A stretch of 64,000 bases of DNA from a virus (IMGVR_UViG_3300045988_160359:53570-117569); one strand, 5' to 3'. Counted from the first letter of the stretch, positions 48,523 through 59,584 are shown. Numbers and translations are program-made. The notes: generated by a model from the sequence alone, not told the origin.

Positions 48523-50768
48523 TCCATCACTCCTACGTGTTTGACTCGATGTTCAACTTCATCTTGCTTTCCTAAATTAAATGCAGTTTTATAATTACCA
48601 GTTAAATAGCCAGTCACACGACGAAGTTGCTGGATTTCTTTACTACCACATTCTGGACATTTATCATTAAATTCACCAGTATATCCACACTTGAGACAAG
48701 TATCATTAGGAACATTTACAGCAAAATAAGGAATATCTTTGTCCATAGCATAATTTACAATTTGTTCAAGAGCAGTTAAATTATTAGATACTGTAGAGTC
48801 TAACTCAACATAAGTAATACAACCGGCATTACTATATCCAGTTAATTGACTCTCAATATCAATTTTGTCAAATGGGCTCATTTCTTTCCATACAGGAACA
48901 TGAATTGAATTAGTAAAAAATTCTTTATCACTTACATTAGGAATTTCGCCATACTTAGCCTTAAATTTCTTCATTGCAGTATAGCAGAGATTTTCCGCGG
49001 GAGTGTAATAAACACCGAAGTTTAATTTATATTGTTCCTTAAATTCCGCACAACGCTGTTTAAATAAGGATTCAATTTTTTTTGCTAATTCCATTCCCTC
49101 TGAAGTAGTATGGTCAACGCCAATAAGAATTTGTAGAGTTTCTGCTAGTCCTAACTGACCTAGAGCCAGTGTTCCATGTTTAAGCGCGCTTCTAATTCCT
49201 TCTTCTGGGATATAGCCTGCCATCAAATTATTTTCATACATGAATTTGGCTGAAGCCGGGCTTTGAGAGCAAATCCAATTAAAACGTTCAATTAATTGAT
49301 CTTTTGCTTCATGAATTTTTTCATCAAGTAAAGTCATAAAACTTCTAATTCTAGCAGCTTTTGGAGTTAATTGGAAATCACTGTTTTCAGCGGCTTCTTT
49401 TGCCAGCATAGCTAATGTAGGCATAATAATGGTTACTGGACAAATATTTCCACGGCCATCTTTTAATTGACCTAAGCCGTTAATATCATATCCATTAGCG
49501 GTTCGGCATCCCATTGTGCTAAAATAGGTGCGTGGGTCATTAATATCATAGCCAGCATTTCCAGACCAATCAACATTCGCATAATTAGGATATAATCTTT
49601 TAGCAGTAGATTTTAACGCAAGTTTAAATAAATCATAATTCGGGTCACCTGGTTCTCTATTAACACCCTTCATGCATTGGAAAATTCCACAAGGGAAAAT
49701 AGAAGTTTTATGTAATTTACCTAATCCTTCAAGAGACACTTCTAATAGGGCTTTTGTAATCATTCTTCCTTCTGGAAGAGTACAAGTTCCATAGTTAATA
49801 GAAGTAAATGGAAGTTGGTTACCACTACGACTTTGAAGAGTATTTAAATTATGATACATACCTTCAACTGCTTGATGGATTTCTTTTTCTGTCTGTTTTA
49901 GAGCATAATTATAAGCATTTTGATGACCAAATTGACTTTGCAATTCTTTATTAGAAATTTCAATAGGCTCACAATCACTCATAATTTGTAGAGCCATACC
50001 TTCACTATAATCATCAACATCAGTTAAATAGGCTTTAAAATGTTTTCTAAAACTCTTTTTAACATAAGGAACCATAGTCCAATCAAGATGAGTAGCACTA
50101 ACTCCACCAAACTGTTGAAGAGATTGTAATTGAAAAATAACTGCAACTAATTGGAATGCCGTATTTACTGAACCCGCTGGACGCACATCTGTTTGACGAG
50201 TATTAAATCCATTAGCAAGTAAATCATCAAATGGAATTGATAAACAGTTATGGTCGCCCACAGCATAATGGTCAAGGTCGTGAGTGTAAATCATATTCTC
50301 TTCATGATTACGTTTTGTGCGAGGAGATACGATATAATCAAGGGCATATTGTTTCATTAAGAGACTATTGGCTTCCCCCATACGCCCACCAAATGATGCT
50401 TCATCAACATTAGCATTTTGATTTTGAATATTAGCTCCACGAATTTTTTCACCAATCGCAGTAATAAATTCAGTTGAATGAGTGCGAGCGACTTCTTTTT
50501 TATATCTATAGCGAATATAAGCACGAGCAATATCAGGACGCTCTGATGCCATTAACGCTTCTTCAATCCAATTTTGGATGTCTTCAACATTAACACTTCC
50601 ATCGGGGAAATGACTCGCTCTATATTCTACTTCATCAGCGATGCTATTAATACTATCTGATTCAAAAATATTTTTATCTACAGCAATAAATGCTTTAGTA
50701 ATAGCATCAATAATTTTTTGTTTGTTAAATGGCATTACATCGCCATTACGTTTAATTATATAAAACAT
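48519..50768 (-). CDS. nrdD: Anaerobic ribonucleoside-triphosphate reductase NrdD (class III RNR)
   Basis: The 749-aa protein has an ATP-cone-like N-terminus. The C-terminus has a Zn-ribbon (CLKCGYTGEFNDKCPECGS) and the glycyl-radical motif RVTGYL. There is no in-frame TAG. Confidence 0.85.
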   Translation of the reverse strand: MFYIIKRNGDVMPFNKQKIIDAITKAFIAVDKNIFESDSINSIADEVEYRASHFPDGSVNVEDIQNWIEEALMASERPDIARAYIRYRYKKEVARTHSTEFITAIGEKIRGANIQNQNANVDEASFGGRMGEANSLLMKQYALDYIVSPRTKRNHEENMIYTHDLDHYAVGDHNCLSIPFDDLLANGFNTRQTDVRPAGSVNTAFQLVAVIFQLQSLQQFGGVSATHLDWTMVPYVKKSFRKHFKAYLTDVDDYSEGMALQIMSDCEPIEISNKELQSQFGHQNAYNYALKQTEKEIHQAVEGMYHNLNTLQSRSGNQLPFTSINYGTCTLPEGRMITKALLEVSLEGLGKLHKTSIFPCGIFQCMKGVNREPGDPNYDLFKLALKSTAKRLYPNYANVDWSGNAGYDINDPRTYFSTMGCRTANGYDINGLGQLKDGRGNICPVTIIMPTLAMLAKEAAENSDFQLTPKAARIRSFMTLLDEKIHEAKDQLIERFNWICSQSPASAKFMYENNLMAGYIPEEGIRSALKHGTLALGQLGLAETLQILIGVDHTTSEGMELAKKIESLFKQRCAEFKEQYKLNFGVYYTPAENLCYTAMKKFKAKYGEIPNVSDKEFFTNSIHVPVWKEMSPFDKIDIESQLTGYSNAGCITYVELDSTVSNNLTALEQIVNYAMDKDIPYFAVNVPNDTCLKCGYTGEFNDKCPECGSKEIQQLRRVTGYLTGNYKTAFNLGKQDEVEHRVKHVGVME

Positions 50769-50780
50769 TTATAACCTCCG

Positions 50781-50826
50781 CACTAAATATAGTGGAAAAA
50801 ATTAGGATATCCACTATATTTAGTGT
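50781..50826. promoter_or_regulatory. Two NrdR-box-like 16-bp palindromes spaced 31 bp centre to centre, upstream of nrdDG
   Basis: The boxes are gCACTAAATATAGTGg (50780-50795) and cCACTATATTTAGTGt (50811-50826), against the NrdR consensus acaCwAtATaTwGtgt. The two arms also form a 15-bp perfect inverted repeat. They sit between the RBS (50771-50779) and the probable promoter. Confidence 0.6.
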
Positions 50827-50840
50827 TTGTTGTAAATAAA

Positions 50841-51437
50841 TTAATAAGTTATGTCCAGATGCTCCGGCCACCGAGACAGGAATAATGCTAAATCTTTATA
50901 TATACATTCTAATTCCGCAGGAGTATTATTTATATATAACCAATTACATAAATCATCAGCATCTTCAAAATCAAGTTTATCTGTTTTATATCGACGAATA
51001 ATTTCATCAATATCCGGGTTAGCCTCTCGATTTAGCTATCTAATTAATCGAATTTTATCATCTGCGTGAATATAAACGATAATTAAATTTACTCGTTTAT
51101 CATGTAATAAAATCTCTGCGCCTTCTGGATTAAATACTCCTACATTGATAGCGCCTTCTTTGACTGATTCAATTCCTGTGCCATAGCACCATTCATTAAA
51201 AACAGTAGCTTCAAACATTTGATTCTATAAAATCATTTCAGCAAATTTTTCTGCTGAGATAAAATGGTAGTTAATACCATCCACTTCTTTTTCTCTTGGA
51301 GGTCTTGAAGTATAACTTATAATTTCATGTAGAGGTAATTTACCATTATAATAATGTTTTGTATCATCAATTAGTTTACGGAGAATGGTATCTTTACCAC
51401 TCCCCGCTTCACCAATTAATGCTAATATATTATACAT
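50841..51437 (-). CDS. gmk: Guanylate kinase-like nucleoside monophosphate kinase (198 aa), with 2 in-frame TAG
   Basis: It has Walker A GEAGSGKDT and the guanylate kinase signature TSRPPREKEVDGINYHFIS...CYGT. ORFs 51225..51437 and 51036..51218 are joined through TAG 51225-51227, and a second TAG lies at 51036-51038. It stops at TAA (tta 50841-50843). Its ATG overlaps the dnaE TAA (TAATG). Confidence 0.7.
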
Positions 51438-54400
51438 TAATTAGCTCCTCCATTGTATCTTTCATCTTTTAATTCAATATCACCATTATCTAAAATTTTA
51501 TCAATTTTATACAACTGGTGACCGCCAGAACTAGCATACTTTTTTGCTATAAAATTATCGCCTTGACGAATGCCTTGAACAGCAATCATATTACCACGAT
51601 TAAACCAACTTTTTTCCATTACTTTTTTAGTGCCATCAATTTGTTTTTCTGAAATCTGTTTATCAAATAATGAGAAATATTCTTTTCTAAATTTAACTTC
51701 GACAACTCCAGAAGTAGTAAGTAATGTAACTGTAGATTTAGTTTTATTTTTAGCAATACAAGTTCCGCAAATCTTATGTAATTTATACATAGTAATTGTT
51801 TTATTGCCTTTAGAAAATGTTTTATCAATAATGGGCTCTTCTGGCAGATGGAAGAAATCAACAAATCCATATTTACTATTATTTACATGGGCTAATTCAT
51901 GCTCATGATAATAGAAACATAAGACTTCCATTTCCCACGCTGAAATAGATTTAGATGCATATTTATCCCAATCTTCTTTAAATATTTTATTATTTAATTT
52001 ATTTAAAATAATATCTTTATTTTCTGCAATCCAAGTTCGGAATATATCCATATATTTTTGATATACTTTATCCCAAGCTTTAGAATCTAATAAATAACAA
52101 CTACCAATTAAATCATCGCAACCAATTTCAATTAAAAAATTAATCGCTCGTTCATCAACTTTATAGATATTACCATCTTTACAAACAGCTTTTAAATATC
52201 TATTAAATTCATAAACTCGTCTTGCCATTACATATTCATCTTTATCTTCTGGTAATAAATTATAACGAATTAGAGTTGCTAAATTTTGTAATGTTAAACG
52301 AGATTTTTTATCACACGTTTCCCAAATATACCAAATCATTAAATCTTTACGGTCCATCATTTCATCAAATGCACCGCTTTTAATCAATGAAATCATTGCT
52401 TGCTTACTTGGTTTAATACGATAATAAAAATCTTTCACTGATATATACGGACGATTTGCAATAATATTATTAATCAAATCATCGCCAACGTTCAACAATC
52501 CTTTTAAGCCAAATAAAATTTGGTTATTTTCAACATCAGGCGCAAATCCAAATCTAGCTTTATTAATATCAGCCAAACTTACTTTAATACCAGCTGACTG
52601 TATATCTCCAATAGCTTTTGCGATTTTACCATAATCAGTGCTAGCTACTTTTTTATTTTTTGATTTATTCTCCATTATATCTTCTGGAGACGCACCACAA
52701 TATTCTTCACCGGAATAATCATAATCTTCATCAGTTATTTCTTCTGGTTTATTTTCTAACGCTCCACTGTTTACAATTAAACAAGCGCAATTCCAATAAA
52801 TAGGATTGAAATTAATTGCCAAATAAATCATTTGAATTGCAACAAATGAATAAGGAAGAGAGTGATTTAAGCTAAACGCATATCCTAACTGAGGAGCGAT
52901 CGCATTTTCCCAAAAATATTCAGCATTATGTTCATTAGTAAATTTACTAAATACTTGCTCTTTTAATTGAGGAATTTTTGCCATTTGCTTTTTAGCAACA
53001 ACTTTACGCGCGCTATTTGCTTCGCCTAATGTAAATCCAGCGACATCCATAAGGATTTCCATCATTTGCTCTTGAAGTGGACAACATCCATAATATCTAT
53101 CACAATGCTTGTGCATTTTTTCAATCATTTCTTCTGGCAAATGATTATCTTTCATTTCTTTATCAAAAACTTGAATACCAGCTTTTTGGATTCGATAATA
53201 TCTATCTTGCTGACTTTCTTTGCCCTTTTCACTCATTAGACGCATCATAGCGTTTGCAGCGGTCATTTCCATAGGATCTTTTGGTTTCAATTTTTTAGCA
53301 ATAGCTAAACCTACACCAGTAGAGAATTGGAATACGTCAAGAATATCTCCCGCCGCCAAGTGTTCCCAAATGCGTTTATCAGAAGTATCTATTACTTCTG
53401 GATGAAGATATTTATTATAAAAATCACGTAGACCAATATCAGGGATTTGATTATCTTCTTTTAATAAATTATAGCATTGAATAATTTTATCGCAAGCTTC
53501 TGTTACCAGGAAGTCATATTTAGTATCTCCGGCGGCTTCGGCTTTATGTAAGTCCCAACAAGTAATTAAATCACCACTAGGAGTTTTCATAAATGATGCA
53601 GTTTCAAATGGGTCTTCACCATATAAAATAACACCAGAAGCATGAGAAGAACGTTTATTAATAATTCCTTCAATATATACAATAATATCCAATAAACCAG
53701 GATATTGATTTACCTTTTGGATAAATGTAGTAACTGGCTTTCTATCTTTATCAGGATTACCATTTACCACATCTTTCATCGGCCATAAAATTCCACGTTC
53801 CTGCGGGATTAATGAAGACATAAATTGAGCTTCATCTACATCAATACCATTGGGATAATCATCACTTCTATAGCCACGACAAGCAGTTAAGATTGCTTGC
53901 TTTGTTCCTTCAGTTCCAAATGTTGCAACTTGAATTAAACCTAATGTTCCACGTTCTTTACGAATAGCACTAAAAATTGCAGGGCGTTTACTTGGCGCAA
54001 GATCGATATCAATATCAGGCAATTCCGCGCGCTCTAAATTTAAGAAACGCCAATATGGTAATCCCCAACGAATTGGATCTAGCTGAGTAATTCCTAATAA
54101 ATAATTAGATAAGAAACCAGTTGCTGAACCTCGACCAGGACCAACAATACTCCCGCACTCCCAAAACAAATCAATATAATGTTTAAATGTATTAAAATAA
54201 GCAAACAAACAGTCTTCAAGTTTTTCGCCAATATTTTTAATTACATTAGCTTCAGTTTCAAGACGAGATATATATATTTCATTCTCATATAATTGTTTTT
54301 CTTGCAAGGCTTTAATACATTCATTTATCCAATATCGTTCTTGAATATCATCACTATTAATTAATGAACAAATAACAGGATATTTCTCAAGCCAATCTGC

Positions 54401-55390
54401 TGGAATAAATCCTTTTTTATAATCAATTACTTCTACTCTTGGAATTTGTTGTTTACGTTCCAGAGAATAAAATTTTATTTTCTTTTGAATTTCTAATGTA
54501 TTGTCAAAAATCCAATTCATAATCTCTTGAGGAGTTTTATCTTTATCCCAAGTATCCATATATGGTAGCATTAATTCTTCTACTTCATCACTATCCATTA
54601 CATAAGCAAACTCATAGAATGAATCAACTTCACGCTCGCCATCTTTAGAATTTAAATAAGCTTTATGAATTGGTCTATCTTTCTTTGTTAAATAATGAGC
54701 ATCGGTTCCAATTACCATTTTTAAATCATATGCTTTTGCTACTTGATAAATCTTTTGATTTACTACAAGTTGGTCTTTCATGGTAGATGGAGCGCACTCC
54801 AAATAAAAATCATCTTTACCAAAAACATTTATACAAAATTCAATGAATTTAACAACATTATTATAATAAATGCTTTTAGTTTGCATATCGCCTACTACTT
54901 CAGCCTCATACATTGGATATAAATTAGAACCTAATTCTCCACCAATGCAAGCTGTTGTTGCGATAATATGTCCTTTGTATTGTGCCATTACATTTTTTAA
55001 TTCAGACTTTAATGTTGGCACACGTTCCATTTTTCTATCAGTATAAGAATTAATCCAAGCAATTGAACTTAATTCTTTTAATGCTTTATAACCAATTTCA
55101 TCTTTTGCCAATAGAATAAAATGATAATACTTTTGACCACAATCTCTTGTATCAGTTAAATAAATTTCATTACCTAGCGCAATAGTAAAATCAGGATGCT
55201 CTTTTAAAAAATCTTTTGCAAATTGATTAACTTCCATATGAGCAGATAAACAGTCATGGTCAGTAATTGCTATACCACTTAATCCTAATTTTTCTGCTGT
55301 TTTAATCAACTCTTCTGGTCTATTAATAGAATCTAATAAACGCAGATTTGAATAGTGAGTATGGTTGTGTACGCCAAAATATGGTCGCAT
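51437..55390 (-). CDS. dnaE: DNA polymerase III alpha subunit (DnaE-type C-family polymerase) with N-terminal PHP domain
   Basis: The 1317-aa protein has a PHP domain (HNHTHYSNLRLLDSI...ITDHD) and the polymerase core motif GSIVGPGRGSATGF. The start was chosen at the second ATG (55388-55390), which has the strong RBS aaagaggtgga. The first ATG at 55408 lacks an SD. There is no in-frame TAG. Confidence 0.85.
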   Translation of the reverse strand: MRPYFGVHNHTHYSNLRLLDSINRPEELIKTAEKLGLSGIAITDHDCLSAHMEVNQFAKDFLKEHPDFTIALGNEIYLTDTRDCGQKYYHFILLAKDEIGYKALKELSSIAWINSYTDRKMERVPTLKSELKNVMAQYKGHIIATTACIGGELGSNLYPMYEAEVVGDMQTKSIYYNNVVKFIEFCINVFGKDDFYLECAPSTMKDQLVVNQKIYQVAKAYDLKMVIGTDAHYLTKKDRPIHKAYLNSKDGEREVDSFYEFAYVMDSDEVEELMLPYMDTWDKDKTPQEIMNWIFDNTLEIQKKIKFYSLERKQQIPRVEVIDYKKGFIPADWLEKYPVICSLINSDDIQERYWINECIKALQEKQLYENEIYISRLETEANVIKNIGEKLEDCLFAYFNTFKHYIDLFWECGSIVGPGRGSATGFLSNYLLGITQLDPIRWGLPYWRFLNLERAELPDIDIDLAPSKRPAIFSAIRKERGTLGLIQVATFGTEGTKQAILTACRGYRSDDYPNGIDVDEAQFMSSLIPQERGILWPMKDVVNGNPDKDRKPVTTFIQKVNQYPGLLDIIVYIEGIINKRSSHASGVILYGEDPFETASFMKTPSGDLITCWDLHKAEAAGDTKYDFLVTEACDKIIQCYNLLKEDNQIPDIGLRDFYNKYLHPEVIDTSDKRIWEHLAAGDILDVFQFSTGVGLAIAKKLKPKDPMEMTAANAMMRLMSEKGKESQQDRYYRIQKAGIQVFDKEMKDNHLPEEMIEKMHKHCDRYYGCCPLQEQMMEILMDVAGFTLGEANSARKVVAKKQMAKIPQLKEQVFSKFTNEHNAEYFWENAIAPQLGYAFSLNHSLPYSFVAIQMIYLAINFNPIYWNCACLIVNSGALENKPEEITDEDYDYSGEEYCGASPEDIMENKSKNKKVASTDYGKIAKAIGDIQSAGIKVSLADINKARFGFAPDVENNQILFGLKGLLNVGDDLINNIIANRPYISVKDFYYRIKPSKQAMISLIKSGAFDEMMDRKDLMIWYIWETCDKKSRLTLQNLATLIRYNLLPEDKDEYVMARRVYEFNRYLKAVCKDGNIYKVDERAINFLIEIGCDDLIGSCYLLDSKAWDKVYQKYMDIFRTWIAENKDIILNKLNNKIFKEDWDKYASKSISAWEMEVLCFYYHEHELAHVNNSKYGFVDFFHLPEEPIIDKTFSKGNKTITMYKLHKICGTCIAKNKTKSTVTLLTTSGVVEVKFRKEYFSLFDKQISEKQIDGTKKVMEKSWFNRGNMIAVQGIRQGDNFIAKKYASSGGHQLYKIDKILDNGDIELKDERYNGGAN

Positions 55391-55461
55391 AATCCACCTC
55401 TTTCTCATTTATTTTATTTATAATAATATTATATCATATAATTTATTATAAATCAATTGAA

Positions 55462-56658
55462 TTATTTTCTAATAAGAACTAAACGCTCTTTAGCTCTTGT
55501 GGCTAAAGTATATAGATATTTTTTATGAGTTTCTCTATCATAGGGAGGAGCTTCTTCAAATCCTAATACTTTATTATATTCACTACCTTGGGCCTTCCAA
55601 CAAGTAATAGCATAGGCATATGAAAAATCAAATGGAGGGTCAGGACAATTTTTATTCTTTTTAATTTGATAAATTTGTTTTCCTTCAAATGTTTTTTTGC
55701 CAGTTAATAATTGATTATAATCAATAGGGACTCCACAAAATGTATCATCATCATCAAGTCTTAATTGAGCATACATAAATGGTACAGGATTTTTATAAAT
55801 CCAATATGGAAATCGTATATCTTCGACATAAAAATCTTCTAATGTTCCAATAGTCCCATTAGTTAACGCCCATGTATGATTAGAAGACATAAAATCCCAT
55901 TGGTTATGTAATCCAATTAATTTATCTCCAATACAAGGCCGGTCTGGGTCATATCCTTTTTGAGTTCGGACTATACGATTAATATCATTTCGTTTTTCAT
56001 TTGTTGAGCAAATAATTTGGTCTGCCCAATTATACATCTAAGGAAGCATTTCATCCCATTTAAATCGAATTAAAACTTGTTCCTCAGTACCCTTATATGA
56101 AGAGATTGGTTTGTTATCACGAATCCACATTGAAAATCTAATAATTTCACTATCTTGAGCTTGACGCATAATTTCATCAAGGAAAACATGCGGATTGTCG
56201 AGCACATGATTATTATCTTCATCGACTATTGGCGGTAATTGACCTGGGTCTCCAGTAGCTAAAATATAGATGCCATGAGATAAAAGCAATTCCCACATAG
56301 CTTTAGGGAGCATTGAAACTTCGTCTACTACAATTACTTTATAGTGTACTATTTCTTCTCTTGGTCTTGGGAAAAATTTATATGTTCCATTCGGCGTAAT
56401 CCGTGCTTTATATAATAACTAATGAGCAGTAGTCGCATTTGGACAACCTTTAGTCTAGAGAACTGTAGCTGCTTTACCAGTAAATGCCACATAACAAACT
56501 TCTTCTTCTGGATTTACTCCCAAAGCAGAGATAATAAATTTAATTAGAGTTGATTTACCACTTCCAGCATAACCTGCTATTACTGTATATCGTTCTTTAT
56601 TTTTATATCGTTCTACTGCTATTTTTAATCCTTGTTCTTGTTTATTCGTTAAAATCAT
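55462..56658 (-). CDS. Dda/RecD-like SF1 DNA helicase (398 aa), with 3 in-frame TAG
   Basis: ORFs 56455..56658, 56038..56313 and 55462..56037 are in one frame, separated by TAG at 56455-56457, 56419-56421 and 56038-56040. Read-through restores Walker A GYAGSGKST, motif Ia TAH-(TAG)-LL, Walker B VIVVDEVSML, GDPGQLPP and motif VI WKAQGSEYNKV. Confidence 0.8.
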
Positions 56659-56686
56659 TTATATCACCATTTTGGTATAAAAATTT

Positions 56687-56889
56687 TTAAATCACTTTTT
56701 CATTTTGGATTTCGGTTCTCAGAGCCATAAACGACTGAGCGAAATCTTCTGGCGTTGTAAGGAATGTCTCTGCGAAAATTTTACTAATTTCAAATACTTC
56801 ATTATATATCTCATTATTAGATTTTTCTGTATTATATAGTAAATTATGTAAGTCTTGAGTGATATCCCAAGCTGATTTAAATTCTGTCA
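56687..56889 (-). CDS. Small protein (67 aa)
   Basis: The internal ATG (cat 56887-56889) has the RBS atggagataat. The N-terminal extension in the ORF track begins at a TTG and overlaps the upstream gene. Confidence 0.4.
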
Positions 56890-56954
56890 TATTATCTCCA
56901 TAAATGAAAATAAGGGTTATATGGAGAAATACCTCTCCATATAACCATATATAA

Positions 56955-57785
56955 TTAAGATGTAAAATATTCAAAAGCGATTAAAGCATTTGATTGTCTC
57001 ACATCATAAGAACCTGATCCACAGCGTTCATAACATTTAGCAAATGCTAATGCAATTTCTTCAATATCAGTCATTTCAATAAAATCATCATAATCAAATC
57101 CTGATTTATATTCACTACCGAATGAATTAAATTCATTTTCAATAGTTTCAACTAAATATTGACATTGTTCAGATAAATTCATACCTTTAGTATTACTATA
57201 TTTTAAACTCCATTGGCATATGCCGTAATATCCTGGATGGGTATTGGTAGTATGTTCAATATCTAAAGTATGCCCACCAACTTCAGCCATTATATTACCA
57301 AGGATACCAGCGCATATTTCATCGCTATATCCTTGATCACTTAAATATAGCCAAATACTAGAAGCAGTTGGGTATTTCTCAATTCGAATTTCCCAACGTT
57401 TTTGTTCTAACCGATTTTCATAAATTGTAATCAATTTATTTAATTGATCAATTTCAGCAGTTGTTGTTTTAACTACTGGATGTTTGTCAGTATATCCTAA
57501 ATTATCAGCCAATACTAGCATTTGTTCAGCGGATTCTTTTAATGTTTTACACTCTTGGATTAGTGTTCTTAATTCTTGTGTATCTTCTGTTTTAGATATA
57601 TTTCTAATTTGTTTATACTCAATAGTAGTAGTAAGATCTACCACAGAAGACATTTCAGAAGGGATGTAAGCTTCCGAAAGTGCATTTCGAGTAATAGCTG
57701 ACGCTTCAACGATTTTAACGCTGCATCCAATAATTAATACACAGCTTAATGCAATCAGCCATTTATTCAAAATAGTATTTTTCAT
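56955..57785 (-). CDS. Secreted lipoprotein with a phage-tail-lysozyme-like (tape-measure lysozyme-type) C-terminal domain, 276 aa
   Basis: Reverse-strand RBS aggagg precedes the ATG. It has a signal peptide with the lipobox LIIGCS. The C-terminal motif CAGILGNIMAEVGG...YGICQW resembles the AGILGN...ESG...G(I/L)AQW lysozyme-like domain of tape measure proteins. Confidence 0.5.
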   Translation of the reverse strand: MKNTILNKWLIALSCVLIIGCSVKIVEASAITRNALSEAYIPSEMSSVVDLTTTIEYKQIRNISKTEDTQELRTLIQECKTLKESAEQMLVLADNLGYTDKHPVVKTTTAEIDQLNKLITIYENRLEQKRWEIRIEKYPTASSIWLYLSDQGYSDEICAGILGNIMAEVGGHTLDIEHTTNTHPGYYGICQWSLKYSNTKGMNLSEQCQYLVETIENEFNSFGSEYKSGFDYDDFIEMTDIEEIALAFAKCYERCGSGSYDVRQSNALIAFEYFTS

Positions 57786-57838
57786 AATTGTAATTCCTCC
57801 TAATAGGTTTTTGGTCTATTAGTCGTAAGTGTCAATTA

Positions 57839-59584
57839 TTAAAAATAATAATTTGCCCTATCTACAATTTCGTAATCTTTAATCATAACTTGAGGACTAA
57901 TTTTATTATTCCAAATATTTCGTTCGCATTCACCAACGATATTAATTGTCACATAACCTAATTCAGAATATAGTTTATCATATTCCTCTTCAGACGACCT
58001 AAACTTCATAAAATTGATGCCGTTAGGCAACATTATCTTTAGAGTAGGATTTTTATCTGGCGATAGAATACGTATATTATCCTTGTGGACTTTAATACCT
58101 TCTACAGCAATTTCAGCTTCTTCTACTCCTTGGCCCCATAAGCTTTTCATTCCTGCGATGTCAATAACTTCATCAGGAGTCAGCTCATCTGATTTGTAGA
58201 TAAAATCTACATTATAGATTGGGGTGAAATCAAAACCATCTAGAGCAGAATTTGTAGATGCAATAAATGCGCTAATATCTTCATCTTTAATACCAATACC
58301 AAATGCATTAGCATGACCTTCAGCATATATAACGTATTTATTATTTTCTAAAAATCCTCTAAAATCTTTCAATCGAGATTTGTCGTATCCTCTACCAGAC
58401 CCTTCCCAAGTTATTGTACCATCTTCATTTTCAATTTTATTTAAGATTAAAACAGGTCTTTGATATTCACTCATTAATTGATTTGCTATTAATCCAGTTA
58501 GGTTGCGGTCAGTAATCAAATCATCTAATTGAACGATTAAGATTTTATTACTCAATAAATTTTGATTTACGATTATCTATTCAATTCTTTCCAAGCTATT
58601 GTCTCGAATTTTGGTTTGTCTACTTTTAATATTGGTACAATTTCGACAAGCTTGTTCTACTCTCGTCTCTGCTTGACCTTTACATCCACGTTTCGTTGAT
58701 GGGACAAGTTCGTATCCCCGAAAATCAAGCATTGATTCAAATAGCATGAGCTTTTCTTCTTGCGTTCCGACGCGAGTTGTCGCGTTAATTAATGGAGCAA
58801 TATAAAAAGCTACTCCAATAGGTGTAATCTCATTTGTAAAATGAAATTGGTCTTTATCAATCGCACCTCTGAAGTAAGGATTGCGGATTTGTTGAAGTCC
58901 TTTATCTATTAATCTTCTTGTTTCAAAATCTCGCACATCCATCATGTCGGCCACCAATCCAAGAGCCACTAAATCTAAAAACTTCTATGCATGGTCAGTT
59001 TTTAATAACATATCAATATAGCAACAAAATTTCCAGACCATTGCTACACCAGATAATGATTTAGTAGGATAATCACATAACTAATTATTAATTATACAAG
59101 CATATTCAGAAATGTGATCAGCTTCATGGTGGTCTATTACCAGCACGTCAACTCCGCTCAAATTTAAATATTCATGGGCTTCATAATCATTTGAACTTGA
59201 ATCTGGAGCGATTACTAATTTAACATCTTCCGGAATTGTATCTGGAATGATGCCGTGCTGTTTTCCCATATGGACACGATAAGAAATGTTATTATTCACA
59301 AAACTGGGAAATAGACAATATAGATAATTCATTAGTAATGCAGCAGAAGTATATCCATCGCAATCACTATCTACCTATATCAGAACTTTGTCATTTTGTG
59401 AAATATGTTTAATAAGCATTTTAGCACCTTCATCCAAGTGCGGTATTAACCGAGGGTCTAAAATGTCATTATCAGTAGTGTTTAAATAATGATTAATCTA
59501 ATCGTAGGGTATTCCACGATTTACTAGCACTTGTTCTACCGGTGTATATATCGGGAACTCGGGTGCTCTTAGGCGGTATTCCAT
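57839..59584 (-). CDS. recJ: RecJ-like DHH-family single-strand DNA exonuclease (581 aa), with 5 in-frame TAG
   Basis: Reverse-strand RBS aaggaggg precedes ATG (cat 59582-59584). ORFs 59081..59332, 58577..58969 and 57839..58555 are in one frame. They are joined by TAG at 59513-59515, 59375-59377, 59081-59083, 58985-58987 and 58556-58558. Motifs present are VDSDCDG (DHH motif I), VIDHHEADH (DHH) and ALGLVADMMDV (RecJ motif). It stops at TAA (tta 57839-57841). Confidence 0.75.

Noticed and set aside
55391-55408. DnaE start at the first ATG (55408), as in the ORF track
   Set aside because: It has no SD. The second ATG (55390) is preceded by the perfect aaagaggtgga and begins right at the PHP-domain consensus.
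56890-56974. N-terminal extension of the 56687 gene to 56974
   Set aside because: The extension begins at a TTG, overlaps the upstream gene, and lacks an RBS. The internal ATG has ggaga.
45894-58199. + strand ORFs opposite replication genes (45894..46076, 48074..48424, 50231..50413, 50851..51069, 51630..51908, 53220..53405, 57484..57669, 58014..58199) and - ORF 51619..51870
   Set aside because: They are antisense or alternate-frame relative to strongly supported genes (RuvC, NrdG, NrdD, gmk, DnaE, lipoprotein, RecJ-like).
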